A DNA stretch of 32,000 nucleotides from Azovibrio restrictus DSM 23866 (GCF_000429665.1 NZ_AUCH01000009.1:157031-189030); one strand, 5' to 3'. Shown: positions 18,830 to 25,596, numbered from the stretch's first letter. A program made the numbers and translations. The notes: generated by a model from the sequence alone, not told the origin.

Positions 18830-18906
18830 GCGCCCGTAGCTCAGTTGGATAGAGTACTGCCCTCCGAAGGCAGGGGTCGGACGTTCGAATCGTCTCGGGC
18901 GCGCCA
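18830..18906 (+). tRNA. tRNA-Arg (anticodon CCG)
   Basis: 77-nt cloverleaf read by eye. Acceptor stem GCGCCCG/CGGGCGC, D-arm GCTC AGTTGGATA GAGT, anticodon arm CTGCC-CTCCGAA-GGCAG (anticodon CCG), T-arm GGACG-TTCGAAT-CGTCT, discriminator G and encoded CCA. Confidence 0.93.
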
Positions 18907-19197
18907 AAATTCAAGCGGTCTGCCAGATCTCTGGCGGGCCGCTTCTGCTTTGTGCTGCCAGTATGCGCGGCGGACTTCATCCCGCTCCCGCTCGGCGTTG
19001 GCCTGGGCAATCACTTCCAGCTCGTCAATCTCCAGCAGTTCCGCCACCCGAGCTGCCATGTAGTCGTCCATTACCCGTTTCTTGGTCCTGTACTGGCTGA
19101 TCTGAGCCGTTGAACAGTCCAGCACGTTTGCCAGCTGGGCATCTGTTGCCAACTGGCAACGGGTCTTGATTTCATCCAGGAAAAGCAAGGTGTTCAT
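18841..19197 (-). CDS. HTH (Cro/CI/XRE-like) putative prophage repressor; the C-terminal ~45 codons run antisense through the tRNA terminator and the tRNA 3' half
   Basis: 118-aa ORF. The N-terminal ~70 aa look like a phage HTH regulator (QLATDAQLANVLDCSTAQISQYRTKKRVM). The AGAGG RBS lies ~8 nt before the ATG at 19197. The first in-frame stop is inside the tRNA gene at 18841. Confidence 0.65.
   Translation of the reverse strand: MNTLLFLDEIKTRCQLATDAQLANVLDCSTAQISQYRTKKRVMDDYMAARVAELLEIDELEVIAQANAERERDEVRRAYWQHKAEAARQRSGRPLEFWRARDDSNVRPLPSEGSTLSN
18914..18953 (+). terminator. intrinsic terminator of the tRNA-Arg gene
   Basis: 13-bp stem AGCGGTCTGCCAG / CTGGCGGGCCGCT with loop ATCT. The two G-U pairs exist only in the + strand transcript. 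It is followed by TCTGCTTTGT. Confidence 0.6.
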
Positions 19198-19219
19198 TTG
19201 TGCGCCTCTGTCTCCATGA

Positions 19220-19234
19220 GGTCATTTAATGACC
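19220..19234. promoter_or_regulatory. perfect palindrome GGTCAT-TTA-ATGACC upstream of the repressor gene (candidate operator)
   Basis: 6-bp arms with a 3-nt spacer, 23-37 nt upstream of the repressor ATG. Confidence 0.35.
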
Positions 19235-19258
19235 AGACGGGCCTATTCTCCCCACCTT

Positions 19259-19319
19259 GCTAACACTTGACAACTCACAGCCGTTAGTTATACCGTTCGC
19301 AAAACTAACGTGCGTTAGC
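19259..19319 (+). promoter_or_regulatory. candidate rightward promoter (TTGACA-N16-TATACC, 19267-19294) embedded in four CTAAC/GTTAG half-sites
   Basis: Half-sites: GCTAAC 19259-19264; CGTTAGTT 19282-19289 and AACTAACG 19303-19310 (perfect 8-bp inverted repeat, 13-nt spacer); GTTAGC 19314-19319. A consensus -35 hexamer is present and the -10 hexamer overlaps one half-site. Confidence 0.35.
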
Positions 19320-19354
19320 CACTGCGGACAAACATGGCGCCCTCCCTCACCTCT

Positions 19355-20461
19355 TCAAGCCCTTCCCAGCCGAGCATTCCGCTCTTGCTCGTGTCGCTTG
19401 CGGGCAACCATGGCGCGGGCGACGTCGTGTCGAATGGTCTTGATGTAGGGCATGTCGCTTGTCTCGTAGACGATCAAGGGAATCCCCGCTTCTTCCAAAG
19501 CCGCCCGCTTAACCTCATCGGCCCGCTTTCGTTCCTCCAGTTCGTGGACGGCCCCGTTGAGTTCGATAGCGGCAACGATGGCGAAGTTATCCCCTTCCTT
19601 CCTGCAGACCAGGAAATCAACGCTCTTTCGCCCTATCTCGTTCAGCTGTGCATTCGCATCCCATCCCCTGATGTGGAGCATTTGGGAAACGCTCACCTGA
19701 GAGAAGACAACCAGCTGGGGCAAGGCGGCAACAAGTTCGTGATAGAGGGTGGCCTCTGTGTCGTTGAACAACAGGAATTTGTCCCTGTATTTCCCGCGTC
19801 GGCTCTTTTTGGCTGCGGGAGCAGCTGCCGGGGCTGTCCCCTGCATGAAGAATTTCAACTCTTCTTCCGGAACGGGAATCGGGGCCTGGCTATTCGAGCC
19901 GCTCTTCTGCTCTACCGGATCAGGCGTTTTCCTGGGTTCCACCCTCTGCTGATAAGTGGGGGCTCTTCCCCATTCCGTCCTCTTCGGCTTGAAAAACCAG
20001 CCAGCTGCGCCCGCCGACAAAGAAAACAGAAGCAGAGGCGGAACAATGTCCCCGTACCCGGGATATTTGAGGGTGATTCCCCGCTGCTCCAGAACTTCCT
20101 TCACCTCGCCGCTCTTCCACATGAGCTCGAAAATTTCCCGCTGTCGAGTCATGTTCCGCCGGCAGGTTCCTTTCAGTTCACGGTCTGTAATCGTTCCCTG
20201 GCAGGCCGGAGGCGCCTTGTAGATCGCTGCCCAAGCCCGCTCCTTCAAGGGTCGGAACGCTCCTGTTTTGGCAAAGCTGTTGTAGGTGACCAGGAGCAGA
20301 ACAACCAGCAACCCCACTCCAAGCTTCAAAAACCTGCCCAGGGCTTTTCCGCTTGCCCCCTCCTCCTTCAACCAGAACCACACGGCAAGGCCAATTACAG
20401 CCATGACGACCCCCAGCATAAACAGGAGGTCGGACGGATTCGTCGGATTTTCCATGGGCAA
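19355..20461 (-). CDS. membrane-anchored DUF2726-domain protein (PD-(D/E)xK nuclease-like fold)
   Basis: 368 aa with hydrophobic segments near the N-terminus (LLFMLGVVMAVIGLAVWFWL, LKLGVGLLVVLLLVTY, VPPLLLFSLSAGAAGWFF). The C-terminal block matches my recollection of DUF2726 (TEATLYHELV...VFSQVSV...RKSVDFLVC...AAIELNG..H...R.ADEV...LEEAGIPLIVY). It is oriented opposite to the phage structural genes and has visibly lower G+C. Confidence 0.7.
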   Translation of the reverse strand: MPMENPTNPSDLLFMLGVVMAVIGLAVWFWLKEEGASGKALGRFLKLGVGLLVVLLLVTYNSFAKTGAFRPLKERAWAAIYKAPPACQGTITDRELKGTCRRNMTRQREIFELMWKSGEVKEVLEQRGITLKYPGYGDIVPPLLLFSLSAGAAGWFFKPKRTEWGRAPTYQQRVEPRKTPDPVEQKSGSNSQAPIPVPEEELKFFMQGTAPAAAPAAKKSRRGKYRDKFLLFNDTEATLYHELVAALPQLVVFSQVSVSQMLHIRGWDANAQLNEIGRKSVDFLVCRKEGDNFAIVAAIELNGAVHELEERKRADEVKRAALEEAGIPLIVYETSDMPYIKTIRHDVARAMVARKRHEQERNARLGRA

Positions 20462-20562
20462 GCTTCCTTGAAGTCTTTGGGCTTAGTTGAGAGTCACTAT
20501 CAATGACGATTCTAACCCAACAGCATTCCACGTTCGCCGCCTTGCAGCCCTGGAGCCAGTAA

Positions 20563-20922
20563 ATGCCGACCCCAAACTTCTCCCTGCTCCTGGGCGTCAT
20601 CGACTTTTCCAAGGTCGTTATTGCCCTGTTGTCCATTTTCGCGGCCCTGGTAGCGGTTGCCTTTATCCAGAACGGCGCCGGAAAGCTGGTGGCCTTCGTC
20701 AGCTCAGAATATGAACGCAAGCACCCGGAGCGGGATTTCCAGCGACGCTTCGCACGTGAAGAACGCGCCCGCGTTGCAAAGCGGGAGCGCAGTAAAAAAG
20801 ACCAGGACTACAAGAACTGGAAAGCGGCCCAGATGGGCCCCAGGATGCCCCGGGGGCGTAAGCCGACCAACACCGGCTTTGGCACCATGCCCAAAGGCCG
20901 CTGGAGAGGGCTGGACTGGTGA
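20563..20922 (+). CDS. small membrane protein with highly basic C-terminal tail (hypothetical, phage)
   Basis: 119 aa: one TM (VVIALLSIFAALVAVAFI) followed by an Arg/Lys-rich tail. It is the first gene in a chain of start/stop-overlapped + strand genes that leads into the replication gene. Confidence 0.5.
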   Translation: MPTPNFSLLLGVIDFSKVVIALLSIFAALVAVAFIQNGAGKLVAFVSSEYERKHPERDFQRRFAREERARVAKRERSKKDQDYKNWKAAQMGPRMPRGRKPTNTGFGTMPKGRWRGLDW

Positions 20923-21206
20923 CCTACGCCCACATCCCCCTATCTCGCCTCCGATCTGCCGTCGCCTTCTGTGCGGCGGTTTCCCGTCTGGCCTGGCAAT
21001 TCCCTGGTGATGCCCTGCGCCCCTTCAACTGGCGCCGCCTCCAGTCCGGCCAGACCCAGGCCGACTTCCGCCGCTATGCCTTCGCCCTGCGCGAAGCACG
21101 GCCGGCGCCAGCTGGCGCCCTGACGCCGCCAACGGACCGCGGCACCGCCCGCAGCGCAGCGAGGACGGAGCCCCGGACCGGCTGGCGCTCGGAGGGGCGC
21201 CCATGA
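20919..21206 (+). CDS. hypothetical small phage protein (paralogue of 21397..21666)
   Basis: The GTG start overlaps the upstream stop (GTGA), and its own stop overlaps the next ATG (ATGA). It shares a PFN(x)WRLQ..Q...AFA.RE block with the ORF at 21397. Confidence 0.45.
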   Translation: MTYAHIPLSRLRSAVAFCAAVSRLAWQFPGDALRPFNWRRLQSGQTQADFRRYAFALREARPAPAGALTPPTDRGTARSAARTEPRTGWRSEGRP

Positions 21207-21400
21207 CGCGCTGCTGTGCCCGCTGCTGCGCCTTCTGCACCTCGGCCCGAGCCATCCCGGCCAAGGACCCCTTGCCCCACGAGCTCCCCATGCTGGTGGG
21301 CTGCGTCATGAAGGGCCACAAGGTGCCCCCGGCGTCCTCCTGCCCCTGGCACTCCGTCGGCCCCCTGATCCACCCCTGCTTTACAGAGGTCCTCGGATGA
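21203..21400 (+). CDS. hypothetical Cys-rich small phage protein
   Basis: 65 aa with N-terminus MTRCCARCCAFC plus three further Cys. ATGA overlaps occur at both ends. Confidence 0.4.
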   Translation: MTRCCARCCAFCTSARAIPAKDPLPHELPMLVGCVMKGHKVPPASSCPWHSVGPLIHPCFTEVLG

Positions 21401-21666
21401 TCGTCGCCCAGATTCCCTATCACCACGTCCAGGCCGCATGCCGCAACAGCCGCGTCCTGGCCCATCGCCACCAGCTCCAGCCCTTCAACACCTGGCGCCT
21501 CCAGGCCCAAGGCACCTCCATTGCCTGGCTCTTCGAGCGGGCCCGTTTCGCCTTTGCCCGGGAGCCTTTCAAAGGCTTTTTGGGCAGGGCCTCCGGCACT
21601 GGTTTTTTTGATCAGCGGCGCAGTAGCACCGCTGATAAGTCTCGTTTAAGAGACTCTGCCCTTTAA
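21397..21666 (+). CDS. hypothetical small phage protein (paralogue of 20919..21206)
   Basis: The ATGA overlap with the upstream gene supports coupling, and the ORF ends 5 nt before the replication gene. The DNA block CCCTTCAAC..TGGCGCC..CTCCAG is shared with 21018-21050. Confidence 0.45.
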   Translation: MIVAQIPYHHVQAACRNSRVLAHRHQLQPFNTWRLQAQGTSIAWLFERARFAFAREPFKGFLGRASGTGFFDQRRSSTADKSRLRDSAL

Positions 21667-21671
21667 TCGCC

Positions 21672-22925
21672 ATGGCCATCGACACCGTGAAACTCCGTTC
21701 CCCCGCCATCGATGAAGGCACGGCCTCATTCCTGGAGCGCCAGTGCATCCTGCGCCAGGGGGTGCAGATCCTGACCGGCGAAATCCTCTACGAAATCACC
21801 ACCGGCACCCTGGAGGGCTCCTACGATGCCCGGATCATGTTCAAGGTCTGCCGGGAGGACTGGATCACCATAGGGGGCAAACCCCAGCAAGTCCCCTGTA
21901 AGCCCTATGTCCTGGTGGAATGCTCCCTGCACAAGTTCTTCCACGGGCAGAACGTCTACGGCAACCCCTGCAACTTCCCCCAGCTCTGCCGGCGCTTCAT
22001 CGACGCCCTCGGCGAGATCATGGGCTCGGATCACGGCATGTTCCACGAGGCCGATAAATGGGAAGTCCGGCGGGTGGACTGGGCAGAAATGTTCCACCTC
22101 TCCCCAGCCGCCCAGCGGGAATTCTTCTGGTCCATGCGGGACGTGCACTTTCCCAGGCGGGCCAAGAAAGAAGCCCGCTATGACTCGGCCATTCACTTCC
22201 CCGGCAAGTTCACCACCGTCCGCATCTACTCCAAGGGACCGGAATTCAAGCTGCACGGTGAACCCGTCCTGCGCCGGGGCCTGGTCAAGTACCAACAGCT
22301 CCAGGACGGCCAGAACCCGGGGAAGGGGATAGACGGCCCCGTGCCTAAAAAAGTGGTGGCCGGCATGCCCCGCTATGCCTGGATAGAAACGAAGCTCCAG
22401 GCCCTCCAGCGCCTGGCCAACTGGCGCCTGCGCGCTGAAGTGCAAATCAATGCAGACAAGCTGCATCACGACTTCGGGGGACGTTACCCCCTCGTATCCG
22501 AAATCACCGACGCCTATCTGATCCAGATCTTCGAAGCCCAGATCTTCAAGCTCCTCAAAGAAGGAAAGACCGCCATGGAAACCGTCCGAACCTTTCACCA
22601 GGTCAAAGCCCGCCTTGATGCGGTCTACGGCGGGCGCTCCGCCAACAATCTCTTCTCGTTCTGGGTCCAGCTCGCCGAACTCGGCGAAGAACCCACCAAG
22701 CTCAATTTCTCCAAATCCCAGTTCTACAAGAACAGGGCCAAGCTCGTGGATGCCGGCGTCTCCTGGCACGCCACCGACGTCTTCATCCTGCCCCAGGACA
22801 CCGCCCTGCCCAGGGACTTCCGTCCCCTCTCCGCCGACAGCCGGCGCTGTATCGGCCAAGTCTCGGCCAACTCGATCTTCAACTTCTGCCCGGTTCAACA
22901 ACACGGCCTGATGAAGGCCGCTTAA
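21672..22925 (+). CDS. rolling-circle replication initiation protein (filamentous-phage gene II/CRI-type)
   Basis: 417 aa, sitting immediately upstream of the ssDNA-binding and coat genes. The N-terminal region (IDTVKLRSP ... VECSLHKFFHGQNVYG) resembles the conserved 'SLPK..xGxN' block of phage/plasmid replication initiators. Confidence 0.75.
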   Translation: MAIDTVKLRSPAIDEGTASFLERQCILRQGVQILTGEILYEITTGTLEGSYDARIMFKVCREDWITIGGKPQQVPCKPYVLVECSLHKFFHGQNVYGNPCNFPQLCRRFIDALGEIMGSDHGMFHEADKWEVRRVDWAEMFHLSPAAQREFFWSMRDVHFPRRAKKEARYDSAIHFPGKFTTVRIYSKGPEFKLHGEPVLRRGLVKYQQLQDGQNPGKGIDGPVPKKVVAGMPRYAWIETKLQALQRLANWRLRAEVQINADKLHHDFGGRYPLVSEITDAYLIQIFEAQIFKLLKEGKTAMETVRTFHQVKARLDAVYGGRSANNLFSFWVQLAELGEEPTKLNFSKSQFYKNRAKLVDAGVSWHATDVFILPQDTALPRDFRPLSADSRRCIGQVSANSIFNFCPVQQHGLMKAA

Positions 22926-22944
22926 TCCCTGAAAGGAAGCCCCC

Positions 22945-23292
22945 ATGGAAGCCGTCGCCTCACACCCCACCCAGAAGAAACCCACCACCCCTGCCGTGCA
23001 AATGGGGCAGGTCTACCTGGAAGGCCGGATTGCCTTCCGCCGTCGCATGCGCGGCCAGGAAGGCCCGTATTTCCTCTCTGTCCTCAAGATTCCCGCACAA
23101 GATCAGTTCTCCCACCCGGGCACCGTGGAAGTGCTCAGCCATGACTCCCTGGGCCAGCCCGGGGACGACTGGAAAGGCATCTGTGAAGTCACCGGCTACC
23201 CCCGCTCCTACGACAGCAAGCCGGACAAGGAAACCGGCGAAGTCACGCGGATTCATACCGCCGAAGTCCGCCTTCGGGTCCTGGAGCAATAA
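22945..23292 (+). CDS. putative ssDNA-binding protein (pV-like)
   Basis: 115 aa with a good RBS (AAGGAAG, 5 nt before the ATG). The call rests on size and on position directly after the replication gene and before the coat genes. It is positional, not motif-based. Confidence 0.5.
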   Translation: MEAVASHPTQKKPTTPAVQMGQVYLEGRIAFRRRMRGQEGPYFLSVLKIPAQDQFSHPGTVEVLSHDSLGQPGDDWKGICEVTGYPRSYDSKPDKETGEVTRIHTAEVRLRVLEQ

Positions 23293-23294
23293 GC

Positions 23295-23537
23295 ATGGCC
23301 ACCTGTATTCAGTTCGACGCCAGCGGCTTTGCCGTCCTGGCTGCCGGAGAACCCAGCACGTGCACCGCCGTGCTGCTCTCCGGCACTGAATACGCCCAGA
23401 TTCAAGCGGCCCAGTCGGCAGACATCAGCTATCCCCAGGCCGGCGCCGTCTTCTCCTTCTTCTTCGGATTCACCTTGGCGGCCTGGTACGTCGCCAAGAA
23501 CGTTGGACTGCTCCTGGAAGCCGTCCGGCGGTTTTAG
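23295..23537 (+). CDS. small phage protein with C-terminal TM helix (hypothetical)
   Basis: 80 aa with a C-terminal hydrophobic helix (AVFSFFFGFTLAAWYVA) followed by basic residues. It lies between the pV-like gene and the major coat gene. Confidence 0.5.
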   Translation: MATCIQFDASGFAVLAAGEPSTCTAVLLSGTEYAQIQAAQSADISYPQAGAVFSFFFGFTLAAWYVAKNVGLLLEAVRRF

Positions 23538-23596
23538 CTTTCGGCATCGCTGAAAGGGTCCAGGCCCCTTGCCTGGTTTGTATGGAGGAATCACCC

Positions 23597-23869
23597 ATGA
23601 AACACGTAATGCTTCTTCTTCAATCCCTGGCGGCCCTGCCAGCCAAGATGGCCCGGTCCGCCCTGGCCCTCCTGACTGCGGGCCTTGCCCTGCTCGGGAT
23701 CGCCGGCCCGGCCCTGGCCGCTGACCCGGTGGACTTCAGCGGCCTGACCAACTCCGTGGACTTCTCCTCGGTCATCGTGGCCCTGATGGCAGTCGCTGCC
23801 GCCCTGATGCTGGTCTACATCGCCTGGAAGGGCGCCAAGATGATCTTGGCCGCTGTCCGGGGCGGTTAA
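23597..23869 (+). CDS. inovirus major coat protein precursor (pVIII-like)
   Basis: GGAGGA lies 7 nt before the ATG at 23597. A long signal peptide ends in ...GPALA. The predicted 49-aa mature peptide is ADPVDFSGLTNSVDFSSVIVALMAVAAALMLVYIAWKGAKMILAAVRGG, with an acidic N-terminus, a hydrophobic core and a basic C-terminus. Confidence 0.85.
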   Translation: MKHVMLLLQSLAALPAKMARSALALLTAGLALLGIAGPALAADPVDFSGLTNSVDFSSVIVALMAVAAALMLVYIAWKGAKMILAAVRGG

Positions 23870-23888
23870 TCGGTCGCGTCACGTTGCC

Positions 23889-23905
23889 CACTTTCGCATG
23901 CGAAA
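23889..23905. repeat. 17-bp motif CACTTTCGCATGCGAAA (contains the perfect 14-bp palindrome TTTCGCATGCGAAA), copy 1
   Basis: Identical 17-mer to 28829-28845. This copy lies 20 nt after the major coat stop codon. Confidence 0.9.
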
Positions 23906-23913
23906 CCCCGGCC

Positions 23914-23994
23914 ATGGTTACTGAGCTCTGGTATCTCCTCTTTGCCTTCTGGGGAATCGTCTGCGGGTGGGCTGTCATTGAAGGGCTGAAATAA
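23914..23994 (+). CDS. 26-aa hydrophobic peptide (candidate pVII/pIX-like minor coat protein); not in the ORF track
   Basis: ATG at 23914, TAA at 23992-23994, translation MVTELWYLLFAFWGIVCGWAVIEGLK. Size, hydrophobicity and position between the major coat and pIII-like genes fit inovirus tip proteins. No clear RBS was seen. Confidence 0.35.
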   Translation: MVTELWYLLFAFWGIVCGWAVIEGLK

Positions 23995-24094
23995 CCCGGA
24001 ATCTGGACAATTCCGGATCAACCCTCCAGATCCTTGCGGAAGGATAGGCCGGTGTTCCTGCGGGTGGAAACCGGCCCCTATAAGGGGTTACCAG

Positions 24095-25594
24095 GTGAGC
24101 TTCCACACCCTCCTACTCGCGCTCTTGCTGCTCCTCTCAGGCGCCAGCCATGCAGCGACTTACATCCTCAACGGCACCGGCAGCCGGGTCTGCTGCGGTA
24201 CGAACTGCACGACAGCGGTCGCCCGTACCCTGCTGGGCTACCAGGCGGGGGACTGCACGGAAAGCAGTTCCGGCACGACTCGCTATTACTCGACCAATGC
24301 CAATTCCACTTCCAAATGCTCGGGCACCTATCTTGGCTTGCATGGCCAATCCACCGCCCCTTGCGGCACCTGCACCACCCTTGAACTCAAAGACGGCACC
24401 TGCGTTGCCGACCAGGCCGGCGCCGCTGCCGTGGGTAGCACCCCCTCGGCCCCCGGAGACATTCCCGGTACGGACGATAACGGCGAAGAAACGCCCCCGG
24501 TCTGCTCCCCAGGCGCTGGCCTGGGCAAACTGATCTGTAAAAACGGCTGGGTCTTCCAGTGTCAATCGGCGTCTTCCGTCGGCGCCACAGAACACAGTGC
24601 CGGGGAAACCTGCGCCTACGGCCCCTGCACCCGCACCACCAATCAATGCAACCCCTACACCCCCACAGGAGGCTGCCGCGAGAATGAACAGGCCATCGGC
24701 GCCGGCTGCCTCTGCGCCCCGGGTGCAACCCGGGTCAATGGCGTCTGCAAATACTCGGACCCCCCAAACGACGATAGCGGCAACACGGGAGGCACCGGCG
24801 GAACCGGCGGCAACGGCAATACGGGCGGCGATACCGGCGGCGATACCGGCGGCGACACCGGGGGAGATACGGGCGGCACGGGTGGCGACACCGGGGGCGG
24901 AGATAGCGGCGGCGGCAACTCGGGGGGCAGCAACTCGGGGGGCAGTAACTCCGGCGGCAGCAACAGCGGGGGCGGAAACTCCGGCGGCAACGGGGACGGG
25001 GAAGGCGAAGGGGAAGGAGACAGCGAAACCCCCACCCCGGAATGCCAGGAGGGCGAGGAGTGCAACGGCAATGGCATCTGTGAAGCCGGAGAAACCTGCA
25101 ACGGCCTCCCGGGAGATACCAACGGCGACGGGGTCTGCCAGACCAATGAACCCTGCGGGGGCGGTAGCGGCAACCCCGTGGAATGCGAAGCCGGCCAGGA
25201 ATGCAACGGTAACGGCATCTGCGAAACCGGGGAGGACTGCACGGTCCCTTCCGAAGATGACTCCGGCAATGGCAACGGCACCGGAAATGGGAACGGCAAC
25301 GGGACCGGCACCGGCTCGGACTGGTGGAACAAGACCACCGGCCAGGGAGACCCCACGGTCCCCGATGGGGATGGCTTCGCCTCGGCCTTCTTCCCCGGCA
25401 CCTTTGACAGCCTCCTGAACTGGGACCTGCCGGCCCATAGCTCTGTCTGCCCCGTGGGCCAGTTCGACGCCTTCGGCCAGAGCTTCCAGGTGGATTCCCA
25501 CTGCACCCTGGTGCAAAGCCACTTTCCCACCCTCCGGGCTGCCTTCATCGTCTTCTGGCTGCTGGTGGCCGTGATGCTCGTCATGAAAGCCTGA
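24095..25594 (+). CDS. adsorption/minor coat protein (pIII-like) with Gly-rich linkers and C-terminal membrane anchor
   Basis: 499 aa with signal peptide MSFHTLLLALLLLLSGASHA and a Cys-rich N-domain. A ~78-aa G/T/D/S/N linker follows (GGTGGTGGNGNTGGDTGGDTGG...GGSNSGGSNSGG...GEGEGEG). It also has duplicated ECxxGxECNGNGICExGExC modules, a second GNGNGTGNGNGNGTGTG linker and a C-terminal TM (AAFIVFWLLVAVMLVM). Confidence 0.8.
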   Translation: MSFHTLLLALLLLLSGASHAATYILNGTGSRVCCGTNCTTAVARTLLGYQAGDCTESSSGTTRYYSTNANSTSKCSGTYLGLHGQSTAPCGTCTTLELKDGTCVADQAGAAAVGSTPSAPGDIPGTDDNGEETPPVCSPGAGLGKLICKNGWVFQCQSASSVGATEHSAGETCAYGPCTRTTNQCNPYTPTGGCRENEQAIGAGCLCAPGATRVNGVCKYSDPPNDDSGNTGGTGGTGGNGNTGGDTGGDTGGDTGGDTGGTGGDTGGGDSGGGNSGGSNSGGSNSGGSNSGGGNSGGNGDGEGEGEGDSETPTPECQEGEECNGNGICEAGETCNGLPGDTNGDGVCQTNEPCGGGSGNPVECEAGQECNGNGICETGEDCTVPSEDDSGNGNGTGNGNGNGTGTGSDWWNKTTGQGDPTVPDGDGFASAFFPGTFDSLLNWDLPAHSSVCPVGQFDAFGQSFQVDSHCTLVQSHFPTLRAAFIVFWLLVAVMLVMKA

Positions 25595-25596
25595 CC

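Noticed and set aside
18717-19010. N-terminal extension of the cytochrome c ORF (track ORF 18267..19010), which would cover the tRNA-Arg gene.
   Set aside because: The extension is the antisense translation of the tRNA and its flank. A proper ATG at 18716 gives a membrane anchor immediately followed by the cytochrome domain.
19257-19323. GCTAAC ... GTTAGC pair ~60 bp apart upstream of the repressor, considered as a possible attC site that would link the left end of the phage to integron recombination.
   Set aside because: Beyond the 6-bp terminal boxes, the two halves do not pair. There is no L''/L' stem and no single extrahelical base. The internal 8-bp inverted repeat folds on itself instead, so the region is better explained as operator half-sites.
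23889-23905. The half-site TTTCGCAT of the repeated palindrome resembles the XerC-arm core (..CGCAT..) of dif sites. It was considered as a CTX-like XerCD attP.
   Set aside because: There is no 6-bp central region and no XerD arm (TTATGTTAAAT-like) next to either copy. The two copies are 4.9 kb apart rather than forming a forked hairpin.
23870-23913. The palindrome after the coat gene, considered as a classical rho-independent terminator.
   Set aside because: The stem is at most 5-7 bp with essentially no loop, and no T-tract follows. It is therefore reported as an unexplained repeated motif rather than annotated as a terminator.
24779-25013. Short tandem DNA repeats (GGCGATACCGGC..., GGCGGCAGCAACTCGGGG...), considered as a possible CRISPR or satellite array.
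   Set aside because: The units are 12-18 nt with no unique spacers, and they lie in-frame inside the pIII-like gene. They encode its Gly-rich linker. No CRISPR array is present anywhere in the window.
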